DNA of 64,000 bases from Diplonema japonicum (GCA_964019335.1 OZ025674.1:124001-188000); one strand, 5' to 3'. Positions 10,218 to 21,701 are shown, counted from the stretch's first letter. Numbers and translations are program-made. Notes: generated from the sequence alone by a model not told the origin.

Positions 10218-11123
10218 ATGACAGAAGTAGAGATAAAATGCAGCTCTGAAGTTGCATTTTCGGAATTGGAAGCACTGGTAACGATGCCAGGATACGTGAG
10301 CTTAGAGCTGGAAGAAGAAGAAGGGACGATGAACGTGTGGGTGGTGATGTTCAGTTGTGTAGAGGCAGCTGACACAGCAGTGTTCATGTTGCTAGGACAG
10401 AAAACAAAAAATGGGCATATTTTGAACGTGAAGAGAAAGGAAGAAGAAGACGACGCCGGCACCGGCGATATGTGGGAAGGGCACAGGAACGAACACCAGG
10501 TAAGAGCGAAAATATCAACAGCAGGCAATGACTGGAAAGCATTCATTTCTCAAGAGGACAACAAGGCACCCGAGTCGGTAGGACTGAACACTTTGCTCGA
10601 TCAAACAGCCACACAACCTGAGAAAAAAAGACGGAAAATATATGTTGCACCAACAGACCCTTGGATGAGCCATATCCCCCCCCCTCCTGTTACCCTTCGG
10701 ACCCCAAAAACCTTTATCCCTGTGAAGTTAAACTTTACATCCCTGCGTCATCTGAGGGATTCTAAACAGGACTTCTACGTCAGGCAAGGTCCTGGGCACG
10801 CGTTCTCCCGCGTCCCTGTTACCTTAGACGAAATGAACAATGAGGTTCGGGAAAAGCCAGAGGTGGCTCCTTCTTCTCTCCCCATCGCGGTGGCGCTGAC
10901 CTGGGAGCACAGCAAGCCCAATATCGCTGCGTTGAAGAAAGCTGTGTCGAAGAAAGCCACGCTTGTTAAATGCCAGGTTAAGGTCGCGAAAAAACTAGCC
11001 GTCATGGGTTTTAAAACACCCGAGCAGGCCGCTCGTGCGTTGAAGGCACTGGCCCCCTTGCACTCTCGGTCGCAAATCATACCCGAGGATAAGATAGAAA
11101 TGTTCCTCAGCGGGGGGGTTTAA
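10218..11123 (+). CDS. Hypothetical protein with two divergent RRM-like regions
   Basis: WVVMFSCVEAADTAVFMLLGQKTKNGHILNV and KKLAVMGFKTPEQAARAL resemble the RNP1-helix pattern. Confidence 0.6.
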   Translation: MTEVEIKCSSEVAFSELEALVTMPGYVSLELEEEEGTMNVWVVMFSCVEAADTAVFMLLGQKTKNGHILNVKRKEEEDDAGTGDMWEGHRNEHQVRAKISTAGNDWKAFISQEDNKAPESVGLNTLLDQTATQPEKKRRKIYVAPTDPWMSHIPPPPVTLRTPKTFIPVKLNFTSLRHLRDSKQDFYVRQGPGHAFSRVPVTLDEMNNEVREKPEVAPSSLPIAVALTWEHSKPNIAALKKAVSKKATLVKCQVKVAKKLAVMGFKTPEQAARALKALAPLHSRSQIIPEDKIEMFLSGGV

Positions 11124-11399
11124 ATATGAAAATAGGGGAGGGGTGGGTGGAATCTCTAGTGGGCATATCAAATTTAAAAGAAAGAAGTGTTGTTGTTTTT
11201 TTTTCTTTTTTTTTTTCTTTTTGTTTTTTTTGTTTTTTTTTTTTTTTTTTCTTCCTTCGTTCTTATTTTTTTTTTTTTTTTTATATCTCTAAACACCGTG
11301 TGTATGCCTGGGAGTGCTGCCGGGAAAAGAAAAAAAAAAAAAAAAAAAAAAAAAAACACAAGAAGAAAAAGCGGGGGTGCGGATATAAAAAGAAAAAAG

Positions 11400-12947
11400 A
11401 TGAATGTGTGGGCCGCCTGCATGGTGGCGAAGGCAAAACGCGAGGAAAAAACGAAGAAGGACAGAAGAGCGGCGGCGGTACTGGAGAAACCCCAGTGGGA
11501 GGTATGGGCGGATAAGTCCCTGGACCATGTCGTGAAACCGCCGCCTCCGGTCAGCAAACGACGCAGGTCGTCCTCCTCCTCATCGTCCACAACTGCTCGA
11601 AGAAAAAAAAAACGGAAAAAAAAGGAGAAAAAAAAACGCAAGAACAAACCCGACAAAAAAGAAACGACCACCCCCACCCCCGTCCCTCCCATGTCAACCC
11701 ATCTGTTCCAGTTAGCAAGTGAAGCCGGCAGCCTGCCAGAAGGCGAAGAACGGAGCGAATTAATAACCAAAGCAGCGGCTCTGTTCAACACAGATTCGCC
11801 GCCTAGTGATATCGCTGCATTGGTAGCTATTGAGCATACAAAGGATGTCGAGAAGCTTGGAAAAATATTGAAAACATGCGAAACCAAAGGGTACTTATCG
11901 GGGATGGTAAAGGCATGTGAGAAACTACAAACCACGCACGTAGCAAACCCATCGCTGAGCAACGTGGTGAAATCGCTGCAGTACTCCAACAAGCGGTACA
12001 GGGTGGCACAGGCTGTCATGGAGGGAACCGGGATGGGAAGACACATCTCCAAAGCAATCGCAAACCCAATCAACAACACCCACCCGAACACACCATTGAC
12101 ATGCGACGTGTGTCTTCCAGGAAACTGTTGCTGTCAAATCGGGGAGGGACCGACCATGCTTGAGAGGACAATACAGAAGAACGACATGACCGCCTTGAAG
12201 GTAGCCCAGCACGTGATGGGTTTGAAAACCCTAAAAGTTCTCAACTGGACCCGTGTCCTGTCTACCGCAGTGGCGACCCACAACGAGGCACTTGTCGGGT
12301 GCGTTTTTGAAAACCCGTTTCTGGTACATAGAAATAACTTCAGATTCAACGATATTTCCTTTGGCAGCAAGGACCTCCAAGAGAAGCTCCTCAAATGGAT
12401 GCTCCTCAATACTGTCACGATGGCCTCAGTTCGAGCCGCATGCGGGTTGCATCCTATTGACGTGCAGGGCTTCCCGTCTTGTATCACAAAAGCTTCGCTC
12501 TACCTCAACGATGAGCCCTGGAAGCCTTCGTCTCATCGTTTTTTCTCATTAAGGTATCGGCAGGCCGTGCTGTCCGTTTGCAGAGGGGTGCGGCGGTACA
12601 GAGGAAGGTGTCGTATTGGTGTGAAATCTCTTTTCAGGATTCTAGAGTACCTGCCTAAGACCGACCTGCCCCCTTACACCACTGTGGCTGTGTACACCTC
12701 ACCTTCCCCTGCACCTCATCAGAATGAACTTGACGATGCGCTCATTGCTTTTGAAGCAATGTTTGGCGCTGCTACCCCTTTGCATTTCATGTCTAAGACT
12801 TCTGTTGTTGTGTGGGCGACGGACAACACCTTCGGAAGCGAGCCCACCATATTGGCGGGCAACCCGTACACAGGGCAGGACTTCGAGTTTGAAAAGAAGG
12901 CTGTTGTTCGGTCTGTGGTACCGTTGGTGCCTGTGTGGCTGTTCTAA
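11400..12947 (+). CDS. Hypothetical protein with basic N-terminus and a WKPSSHRFF...LFRILEYL motif
   Basis: Long ORF with coding composition from ATG 11400; the upstream part of the ORF-track call is homopolymer read-through; start uncertain. Confidence 0.75.
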   Translation: MNVWAACMVAKAKREEKTKKDRRAAAVLEKPQWEVWADKSLDHVVKPPPPVSKRRRSSSSSSSTTARRKKKRKKKEKKKRKNKPDKKETTTPTPVPPMSTHLFQLASEAGSLPEGEERSELITKAAALFNTDSPPSDIAALVAIEHTKDVEKLGKILKTCETKGYLSGMVKACEKLQTTHVANPSLSNVVKSLQYSNKRYRVAQAVMEGTGMGRHISKAIANPINNTHPNTPLTCDVCLPGNCCCQIGEGPTMLERTIQKNDMTALKVAQHVMGLKTLKVLNWTRVLSTAVATHNEALVGCVFENPFLVHRNNFRFNDISFGSKDLQEKLLKWMLLNTVTMASVRAACGLHPIDVQGFPSCITKASLYLNDEPWKPSSHRFFSLRYRQAVLSVCRGVRRYRGRCRIGVKSLFRILEYLPKTDLPPYTTVAVYTSPSPAPHQNELDDALIAFEAMFGAATPLHFMSKTSVVVWATDNTFGSEPTILAGNPYTGQDFEFEKKAVVRSVVPLVPVWLF

Positions 12948-12995
12948 TTTTTTTTTTCTTTCTTTTTTCTTTCGCATCTTACTGTATCAAAAAGC

Positions 12996-13095
12996 ATGGG
13001 GTGGGGCGTGATCACCAAACAAAACATGCACCACGGGGGACAGCTGCAAGACGTCCCGATGGGGACGAAAGCAGACCCAGTTGGAGAGTATGTCG

Positions 13096-13147
<52 letters not shown>

Positions 13148-14408
13148 CTAGATGGCTTGACACGGTGAACGCCCCCGACTCGCCTGCCAACTCGCAGCAG
13201 CTCTCGAACCTCATAGAGTATGTAGTGGACGCGCTGTGCTTCGGCGACGGGAACACCTCGTTCGACACGAGCTTCAAGTCGCTGAGTGGGAGCCAGCGGT
13301 CCGCACAACACATTCATGAGAAGGAGCAGGCCGTCCGAGTAGACCGGTTATTCGGACCTGTGTTCAAAGCCCGCCCAGCGACCCCGAAGGAACAGGCTCA
13401 ACACCCCCCAATGTCCGCGATCGGAGGCGCACTCCAACCCGGCATGGGTTTGGGCAAGCCCATCAAACAAGAATCGCGACAAATGTACCAACAAGCGCCT
13501 CAAGCGGGGGTGCCAAACGGTGTGGTCAACACCTTACAGCAGGCTATTGATAAACTGAACTCAAGAAAGTCCGCTGTTGACAAGGCGCCCGAGGCGATCA
13601 AAGCCATGCCAGATGCAACGCTGCTGGAAGAAAAGCGGAATTTGAAGCAAGGGTTGCGCTCCTTTGACGTTCTCTTTGAAAAGGTGACGGGACGGACGCC
13701 GGAGAAGAACGACAAGGAGCCCCTTCGGACTGTCTATGCGTACTACAAAGAGTTGAAAAAGGAAATCGGGATACGAGGGACCAACCACCCTACCTCCGCG
13801 ATGGCAGTTGCTATGCACGAGAAAGACGATGTCCCAATGAGGCCCACAGCACCTACCACTACCAACAACCATAGGTATCAGAAGACGGGGGCGCTGCCCT
13901 ATGGTGGGGCCGCCTCGGCGCGGTCTTCCTTTGACTCAGCGCGGACTGCGGTGTCGGGGGAGTCGACGGCAACTCATCAACCCCAACAGCAGCCCCAGTA
14001 CGCATCTTCTTACTCCCTCCAGCAGCCACAACAACCGCAGCAGCAGCCACAACAACAACAGCCCCAAGGTGCATCTGGCGGTGTTTCCTACGTTGATATG
14101 CGGCAACAGCTTCCTACCAGTTGCCACCAGCTCACCCCGGAGGAGTTGGAAAGTTTGAAAATTGAAAAAAAGTATTTTTTTGCGGGGGGGAAAAAAAAAT
14201 GTACAGAGCCATAAAACGAAGATTATTCGAGTTCATGAGTAGGTTCAAGGAAAAACACGGTAGGGAGGTGAAATCAAGAGAAGACAGGGCGCCTTGTGCA
14301 GCAGAGTACGAGAGGTATGGAAGGAAAAAAGGGGGGGGGGGGGGGGAAACGTATTACCTTTCCCGCAGATACCGCCACTTAAAAGCACTGCTGCAAAGTA
14401 CTGAATAA
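12996..14408 (+). CDS. FAM13-like protein; join(12996..13087,13152..14171,14207..14314,14369..14408)
   Basis: Two FAM13 C-terminal-type repeats: EKRNLKQGLRSFDVLFEKVTGRTPEKNDKEPLRTVYAYYKELK and, after splicing, EKKAIKRRLFEFMSRFKEKHGREVKSREDRAPCAAEYERYRHLK. Confidence 0.8.
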
Positions 14409-15118
14409 TATTGGGGGGGAGGAAAAGATGAGTTTCTATTTTTTGAGAGTTTTTTTTGTTTTATTTTTTTTTTTATATTGTCCTCCCCCCCCAGTTGTAC
14501 CAGTATCTGTACCACCCCTTCATATGAAAAGTTGGGTGGGGAGGGGAAGGGGGTGGTTCTGGTTGTACTCTGTGGGGAGAGAAAGAGAGAGCAAACGAAG
14601 ACTGAAGTTGGGTAAAAGAAAAGAGAAAAAAAAAAAGAAAAAAAAGAAAAAAAAAGCAATTTCAGTCTGCCTTCCGCCCCCTTTTTTTACACCTAGGAGG
14701 AGTGGAAGCCCTTGTGTCAATTTACCCCCAAAAGTTTTTTTTTTTGGTTCCCCAGCGACTTTTCTTCCCCTCGAAATTTTATTGTCCTCATCCCCATTAT
14801 TTTCTTTGGTAGCAAATCGGTATGTACATGACCCAAAAAAAACCCTTTATTTGATGCCTTGAGGTTTCTTTTTCTTTTCCGCACTTTTTTTTTTTTTATC
14901 CCTTTCTTATTCTTTCATTACCTTAGATGCAATTATTTTCTTTTTCTTTTTTTTATTTTTTTTTGCTATGTGTTTGTTTGTTTTTTTTTCTTTTTTTTTT
15001 TTTTTCAAAAGGGAAAAAGAGAAAAAAAAAGTAGTGATTTATACGGAGTAGGGAGATGAGGGGGTGGGGGGGATGGGAAAGTTAGAACGAAGGCAAAAAT
15101 GGGGGTTGAAAGATTTTT

Positions 15119-15152
<34 letters not shown>

Positions 15153-15615
15153 GCGTCTTCCCCTCGGTCCCCTTCCTTTTTTTTTGCAAGAAAGAAAAAA
15201 AGGCAAAAATATTTCCCCTTTCCCTCCCCCTCTCCTGTCTCTTTACCCTTAGTTCGAGTATTTTGTCCTTCCTGGACTTATAGGTTGTGACAATTAAAGC
15301 ATGCCCTGGACACTCAAACCCTCTTTCTTTATGCCCCCCCCCCCTTTTTTTTACTAGATAGATGACAAAATATTCATTTTTCCACGGCATTCCCCCCCCC
15401 GTCCCTTTTATTTCTTTCCCCTGCTTGTGTTGTTTTTTGTGTCCCACTTTACCCCCTCCCTCTTTTTTCTTCCAATCCCCCACCCAGCTTTTTTTTTTTC
15501 CCTATCGTTTTTCTTTATTATTGTGTTTATTGAGGGTTTTTTTTTCTTCTTCTTTTTTTCTTGTTTTTTTTCTTCTTTCTTTTTTTGTTTTTCCTCGCCC
15601 CCCACGGGAATTAAA

Positions 15616-15651
<36 letters not shown>

Positions 15652-15693
15652 AGCTCTTTTTTACACCACATTCAACAAGCACAAAAAAAAACA

Positions 15694-17208
15694 ATGTCGG
15701 GTGAAGGTTCCAAGCCAGTTGAGGGTTCCAACCTGCACATCAGTCTCAAAGGCGAGACAGAGTTCCCTGTGGTAGCCTCCGGGATAGAGAAGAAAATGCT
15801 TGCCATGGCTTGCATCAAAGCGCCTGAAATAAAGGACGAGCAAGAGCAGCGGTCCGCCGTGAAGATCTGCGCGGTAATCGACAGAAGCGGCAGCATGCGT
15901 GGCGAGAAGCTCAACATGGTTGCTCAAACGCTTGAATTCGTCGTGCGAGAGCTCAGCGCAAACGATCAATTCGGGATTGTGACCTACGACAACAGTGTAA
16001 GGCAAGCACTACCAATGCTCATGATGGACAGCGGGAATCAACTAAAAGCCCTCTCAGCCATCAGGGGGATCAGACCAGGCGGTGCGACCAACCTCTCTGG
16101 CGGGCTTTTCGAAGGCATGCGTGAGATTATCCGACAGAAGCCGGCCACAACCACCGCGGACGCCAAAACTGTCTCAAACTGCGTGTGGCTGTTCACCGAT
16201 GGGCATGCCAACGAAGGTGTCACAACAACAGAAGGGATTACCACTGAAATGGACAAGCTTCTCGGCGATGATAGCGACATGGTTATCCACACCTTCGGGT
16301 TCGGCTCGTCACACAACGACGGTATGCTGAGAAGTATTGCGGAGGCAGGCAACGGGCAGTACTACTTCATCGAGAACGCAGCGGTTATCAAAGAGACCTT
16401 TGCGGAGTGTCTTGGAGGCCTGCTCACCGTCGTGGCTACAAACCTCGTCCTGAAGATGACACCTGCAGCAGGCGTCAAGCCCGAATCGTGCCTCAACGAT
16501 CTCAGCATAAACCTGGAAGACCTCACATTCAAGATGAAGGATATCTATTCAGAAGAAACACGCGATTTCGTCGTGGAGTTCACGCTCCCTGTTTCAGAAC
16601 CAACACCTTCCTTCCCTGTCGCTAGCGTTGTCCTCGTTTACACCTCGTCAAATGGAAAGGAGCAGGAAGAACGCATTGCCATCACCATCCCCAGAAAAGC
16701 CGATGTGGAGGAAGCCAAGATTGAAGTCAACGAAGGAGTTGACATCCAGAGGAACAGGCTAGAAACTGCAAACGCCATGCAGCAGGCTAAGGTTGAGGCC
16801 GACAGAGGTGAGTTCGAGATGGCAAGAATTACAGTCGAGTGCGCTAAGAAGAAGGTTATGGAGTCGAGGAGCTGCAAGGCTGAACGCTGTAGTGACCTGT
16901 ACGAGGATCTAGATGGTGTTGAGAAGTATATGTCCTCCAGCCAATGGAATTACGGGAAGAAATGTGTGAATGCATCAGAGATGTCACACCGTATGCAGCG
17001 CTCTTGCGGTGCCAAGACAAAGTACAAGACTGCAAAGCAAGCTTGCATGATCGCAAGTTCTTCAGTCCCTGTTATGCCCCCTACTGGTCCTGCTGCTGCT
17101 GTTGCTCCTGCTGCTCCATCTCTTGTCCCCATTGCGGTTCTTGAGGCGCAAAGTACGGCGCCTATGGACAAAAAAATGAGTAATAAGAAGAAGGTTACCC
17201 TGAGCTAG
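15694..17208 (+). CDS. von Willebrand factor A domain protein
   Basis: MIDAS motif VIDRSGSM, GGATNLSGGL, LFTDGHAN, IHTFGFGSSHN. Confidence 0.92.
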   Translation: MSGEGSKPVEGSNLHISLKGETEFPVVASGIEKKMLAMACIKAPEIKDEQEQRSAVKICAVIDRSGSMRGEKLNMVAQTLEFVVRELSANDQFGIVTYDNSVRQALPMLMMDSGNQLKALSAIRGIRPGGATNLSGGLFEGMREIIRQKPATTTADAKTVSNCVWLFTDGHANEGVTTTEGITTEMDKLLGDDSDMVIHTFGFGSSHNDGMLRSIAEAGNGQYYFIENAAVIKETFAECLGGLLTVVATNLVLKMTPAAGVKPESCLNDLSINLEDLTFKMKDIYSEETRDFVVEFTLPVSEPTPSFPVASVVLVYTSSNGKEQEERIAITIPRKADVEEAKIEVNEGVDIQRNRLETANAMQQAKVEADRGEFEMARITVECAKKKVMESRSCKAERCSDLYEDLDGVEKYMSSSQWNYGKKCVNASEMSHRMQRSCGAKTKYKTAKQACMIASSSVPVMPPTGPAAAVAPAAPSLVPIAVLEAQSTAPMDKKMSNKKKVTLS

Positions 17209-18006
17209 ACCCCGAGAAAATACTTTCCCCCCCCCCTTCTCTTTTTTCTTTTTTTTTTATACAAGAAGAAAAAAAAGAAAAAAAAAACGCCCTAGCCTTT
17301 TCTTGCGCTCCCCCCTCCTTTTTTTTTAAGAGGAGGGTCCGCGCGAAGTTTTTTTAAAATTGAGATACAAAGGGGAAAGAAGAAAGAAAAGAAAAATGGG
17401 GGGGGGGGAAAGCCGCCTTTTGCACAAAAAAAAATGGGTAAAACCAGAAAATTAAAGATTTCCTCTTTCTTTTTTTTTCTTTCTTTTTCTTTTTCTTGAC
17501 CCTTGTTATTTTTTTTTTCCTTAAAAAAATCTTTTTTTTTTTTGCTTGAACAAGAAAAACAAAAAATTGATAATGAATTGTTATTGCTAAAAAGAGTAGT
17601 GGGCTTATCCTTCTACAGGTTAACTCCGTCTGTGCACAAACAACAATCGACTGACTCTTTTTCTTCTCTCTATCCTTTTTTCTTAACGGGTTTTTAAGAT
17701 CCATTTTATTCCTCTCTTTTTTCTGTTTCTTTTTTTTTTTCTTCCTTTTATTTATTTATGTTCTTTTCTGCTCTGAACGCGGCAGTTGTGCCTCAAACAA
17801 CATGTGTCAGTGATAGTCCACTGATTACAAAAAAAAGAAATTAAAAAAGATTAAAAAAAAAAAAAGCAATTTAGAAATAAAAATAAACCACCCAGAGCAT
17901 CCCCATTCTATCCCTGCCCTCAAAAAAGAATATTCCCCCCCCCCCCTTTTTTGTTCATAATCAAGAACCAAAAAAAAAAAAAAAAAAAAAGCGTGCACAC
18001 AGAAAA

Positions 18007-19806
18007 ATGGAAATATACCTCCGCGGGGCCGGGCTGAAGGACGAGATGGTCGAGATACAGGCATGGTGGACCGTGGACGAATTGGAACACGCGTGCAAGG
18101 AAATATTCGGGCTTGAAAACCTTCAACTTACATTGGATGGGGAGACCATAACAGGGGACCTCCAGAGGTTAAGCTTGGTGGCGGGAGACACCATCGAAGT
18201 CCTCCCCACTGAAGGCCAAAAATCTACATCCAGAATTATCGAAAAATTCGGAAGTTTACAAGCCGTCACACAACAGCTCATCGAAGAGGTGGTTGCGAAC
18301 GACGACCACGATACACTCACACATCTTATGTCGGCCGGGTTGATGACAAAAGAAACAATCGAGAAAAGTACCCAACAATGCCTGTCCAGAACGGCAGGGG
18401 GAAAAGAATGCCTTCGCATTCTATTAACCGCCGGTGGTGTCGGCACTTACACCAACACAAGCGACACTGCAACCCATGTTATCATATCTGAGTGTGTCCC
18501 CGTAGACATACTGTGGTTCAGCTCCTTCCTCACCAACTGCGTGGGGTACGGTTCGCTTCACGCGCTTCGCACGGTTGTCGCCAGGGATCCTTCCGTTGTA
18601 ACAGCGATATTAAACTATCGAACTTGGTTGTTTTGGCATGCTGCCAATTGTTGCCATCTTAACGTGCTGCGTTACTTCCTAGAGGAGCTCTCACCTGATC
18701 GAGGCAGCGGGGATGAACTCCTGCGCAACGACGCGCTCATCGACATGGTCCACTTCACAGTGCTGCAGTACCTCGTCGATCGATGTCAGGACATGGACCG
18801 AAAATTCTCCGTTTTGTGCGGAGCATGCAGAAAGGGTGAGCTTGACATAGTGAAGCATCTTGTGGAGACATGCAAGGTACCATTGTGTATCGACCTTTGC
18901 AGATACTCTGCTCTCGACACAGCAGTTTCATGTGAAATGATTCCATGCGTTGTGTATCTTGTGGAAATTGCACGGAAGACCGGGATCCTCCAGGACCTCC
19001 TCATCCACAACAAGGTGTCCCTTCTCACCACTGCTGTGATTGCACCCCTTCCCCAGTATACGGGTGGTGCTTTGCAGTATCTTCTTCGCAATGTTGATAT
19101 TGATCTGAATGAAGGGTCGCCCTTGTGCCATGCTGCAGGTGTTGGGAATGAACATGCGTGCAAGGTTCTTTTGAAAGCCTTTGAGGAACGAAAGGTGACG
19201 CCGCTCGACAGTATCGTAGAGGGCGGGATTAGGGGAGGAGGCAGCTTCGTTCAATGCTGCGCCATTTACAACCTGAACGTAGTCGATGCAATGGAACAGG
19301 CACGCATGGTACCCATTATGAACATGGTTACAATGAATGGTGAGACACCTCTGTTCCTAGCAGCCAGGGTGGGGTCGGTGGAATGGTGCAGATGGCTAGT
19401 ACGCCATGCCCCACGGACCATTAATGTTTGCGATGAGGACGGTCAGTCCCCCCTTCTGATGGCCTGCTGCAACGGATCTTCCCATCTCGTTAAAACTCTG
19501 CTAAGCAGCGGGGCAGACCCCATGCTGCACTCGAAACACAACGACTGGCCGATATACTGGGCATGCCGCACAGGCTTACATGAAGTCATCCGCTGTTTGT
19601 ATAAAAACATGAGCGATGCCCCTAACCTTGATGGCTTCCTGGTGGCCGCCTCGCGCAAAGGCCACTTCCGGACTGTCACCACCCTGTTGGAAATGGGCGC
19701 TGAGGCAACCTGGATAGCCCTGTACTGGGCCAAGAGAAATGGACACCGGGATACAGCGGTCAAACTAGAATCAGTTCTTGCCAACCGCGAACAGGGGTCC
19801 AAGTAG
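18007..19806 (+). CDS. Ankyrin-repeat protein with N-terminal ubiquitin-like domain
   Basis: GETPLFLAA, GQSPLLMAC and GSPLCHAA repeats; N-terminal TVDELEHAC...LTLDGETI...LVAGDTIEV. Confidence 0.85.
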   Translation: MEIYLRGAGLKDEMVEIQAWWTVDELEHACKEIFGLENLQLTLDGETITGDLQRLSLVAGDTIEVLPTEGQKSTSRIIEKFGSLQAVTQQLIEEVVANDDHDTLTHLMSAGLMTKETIEKSTQQCLSRTAGGKECLRILLTAGGVGTYTNTSDTATHVIISECVPVDILWFSSFLTNCVGYGSLHALRTVVARDPSVVTAILNYRTWLFWHAANCCHLNVLRYFLEELSPDRGSGDELLRNDALIDMVHFTVLQYLVDRCQDMDRKFSVLCGACRKGELDIVKHLVETCKVPLCIDLCRYSALDTAVSCEMIPCVVYLVEIARKTGILQDLLIHNKVSLLTTAVIAPLPQYTGGALQYLLRNVDIDLNEGSPLCHAAGVGNEHACKVLLKAFEERKVTPLDSIVEGGIRGGGSFVQCCAIYNLNVVDAMEQARMVPIMNMVTMNGETPLFLAARVGSVEWCRWLVRHAPRTINVCDEDGQSPLLMACCNGSSHLVKTLLSSGADPMLHSKHNDWPIYWACRTGLHEVIRCLYKNMSDAPNLDGFLVAASRKGHFRTVTTLLEMGAEATWIALYWAKRNGHRDTAVKLESVLANREQGSK

Positions 19807-19829
19807 CCCTTTTAAATTACCTTTTATGG

Positions 19830-20193
19830 AGACCGGTGCGTGTCCGTCCACGAACGGTTGGTGGAAGGGTCTCCAGGCGAGGAAGCCCTTGATCGCCTTT
19901 AGGATGAGACGGGTCGTTAGCGGTGCGATGTTTACTGTGCATCCGATTGTGTGGGGGAAGAAGCTGGACGAGCGGATGAGGATGCTAAGAAACGGGCGAG
20001 GATGATCCAGACATATCTAGTGAATGTAAGAGAAGAGTGCGAGGTTACTCACCTGCAACCCGTGGGATGAGGTCAAAACTGGGAATCAGCATGCTGTTCC
20101 AACAGAGGCGTCTTTAAAGTCGAATGGAGCGTCGGGCTTGATCCTGAAGTTCCACTTGAAGAGCGTCCTCCTGGTTAAGAGGCCTGCGATGAA
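19830..20193 (-). pseudogene. Antisense coding relic with one GTGAGT...TAG intron and an in-frame stop
   Basis: Minus frame FIAGLLTRRTLFKWNFRIKPDAPFDFKDASVGTAC*FPVLTSSHGLQ|36-nt intron at 20052-20017|ICLDHPRPFLSILIRSS...LILKAIKGFLAWRPFHQPF; free of homopolymers, unlike the spacers. Confidence 0.4.
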
Positions 20194-20371
20194 ACTTTAT
20201 CGATTTTCTTCCTTTTTTCTCTCTTTTTTTTTCTTTTCCACAACGTAAATATCTGATTTAAAGCGCCTGCGCGGGACGTTTCTTCCGCCACATATGGCTT
20301 TTGCTTTTCTTTTCGGCTTGGGTAGTGATATTTCCTCTTCGTCTTGAAGCAACCCCCCAGGGCCAACCACC

Positions 20372-20851
20372 ATGTCCTCCCCACCCAAGTTGGTGTTTGT
20401 GAGCAAAGACGCATTGGCAAGCGGTGGGTGGGCCGACACGAGGATGGCACTGCCCCCCTCTGTCAGGAAAGATGTGAGAGAGTATAAAGACGCGGAGGAA
20501 CTCGCAGGGAAGATGATCGAGAGGTCCAAGGTACCGCAGGTGCACGGGCTTAGCATCGCTGAGGCGGAGGAGCAGGCAAAAAACATTCTAAGACACTACA
20601 AAGGGAGTAGCAGGGTAGCCTACGCCACGACCCACTCGTTGATCGCAGAGAAGCACCAGCTGCTCATTCGTTTGGAGGAGATAAACGCGGAACTGTGCAG
20701 AAGGGAGAACAACAGAGCGGTCTTCGGCAGCAGAACGGATGGCCCGAGAAGGGCGGCCATCATCGTGTGGCGGGCCCTTCGAAACGCGTTGCTGTTTATA
20801 CACTTAGCAAGGCAAGGGAAACGAAGGAAAAAACGTGTATACATGTACTAG
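20372..20851 (+). CDS. Hypothetical protein
   Basis: 159-aa ORF with coding composition. Confidence 0.7.
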   Translation: MSSPPKLVFVSKDALASGGWADTRMALPPSVRKDVREYKDAEELAGKMIERSKVPQVHGLSIAEAEEQAKNILRHYKGSSRVAYATTHSLIAEKHQLLIRLEEINAELCRRENNRAVFGSRTDGPRRAAIIVWRALRNALLFIHLARQGKRRKKRVYMY

Positions 20852-20927
20852 TTTAGAAGCTTTTATTAACTCGGTCTCTTCTTTTTCACTACAAATAAGG
20901 AGGGCGGGAAAAAAAAAGAAAAAAAAA

Positions 20928-21389
20928 ATGGGTATCGAAGGCAAAGCACAGATGTCTGGAGGCGCCAGCACCGTCGTGAGGAAGGGGGCGGGTGCCGTTA
21001 AGAGCAGGAAACAGGGTTTGGAAGCTGTTTCGGGAGCGAGCGTGAAAATTGTGAGGAAGAACAACTCGGTGAACGTCAAGAAGAGGATGACAGCGTTGAT
21101 GACCTACGTGGAGGAGAAGGACAAAGGGCTCTACACAGGCGTTCAGGAAATGATGGGGAGAGAGAGTGTGGGAACCCCTGTGCGCACGCCCCTGCGCACA
21201 AAGCCCCGTACAAGGCTGTCAATTAACTCTACTGTTTATTCCCCCGGCATGACCAAGCCAGCCCCTGATAGGCTCTCTGGGCTCCAATCCTTTGCCAAAC
21301 TCAGCACCCCTATCCAGGTGCGTTCCAAAGGAAAACCACTCATCACTGAACGATTCACCTCGCTGCAACAGTTCGTCACTGAAGAGTGA
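20928..21389 (+). CDS. Hypothetical basic protein
   Basis: ATG after an A-run; coding composition to stop 21389. Confidence 0.7.
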   Translation: MGIEGKAQMSGGASTVVRKGAGAVKSRKQGLEAVSGASVKIVRKNNSVNVKKRMTALMTYVEEKDKGLYTGVQEMMGRESVGTPVRTPLRTKPRTRLSINSTVYSPGMTKPAPDRLSGLQSFAKLSTPIQVRSKGKPLITERFTSLQQFVTEE

Positions 21390-21701
21390 AGCAACAAAAC
21401 AAAAATACAAAACAAAAAAAAAAAAAAAAAAAAAAAAAAAGAAATCTGCGTTTCTTTGACTATCAATGACGCTGCTCCACATGGATCTGAAAGAATTATT
21501 ATTTTTTAAATTTTTTTTCCCTCAAGAATGCAAATGGTCATCTGATCCAAAAAGAATACCAAAGAACCAAAATAAAAAAAAGGGGGAGGGGAGTCTTCCC
21601 CCCTTTTATTTTTCCGGAGTATTTTCTTTTTTGTGGTCGGGGAAAGGTACTCTCCATACCTGCTGGGACGCTAGTGGGAGCCAATGAAGGGTGCCACTTG
21701 C

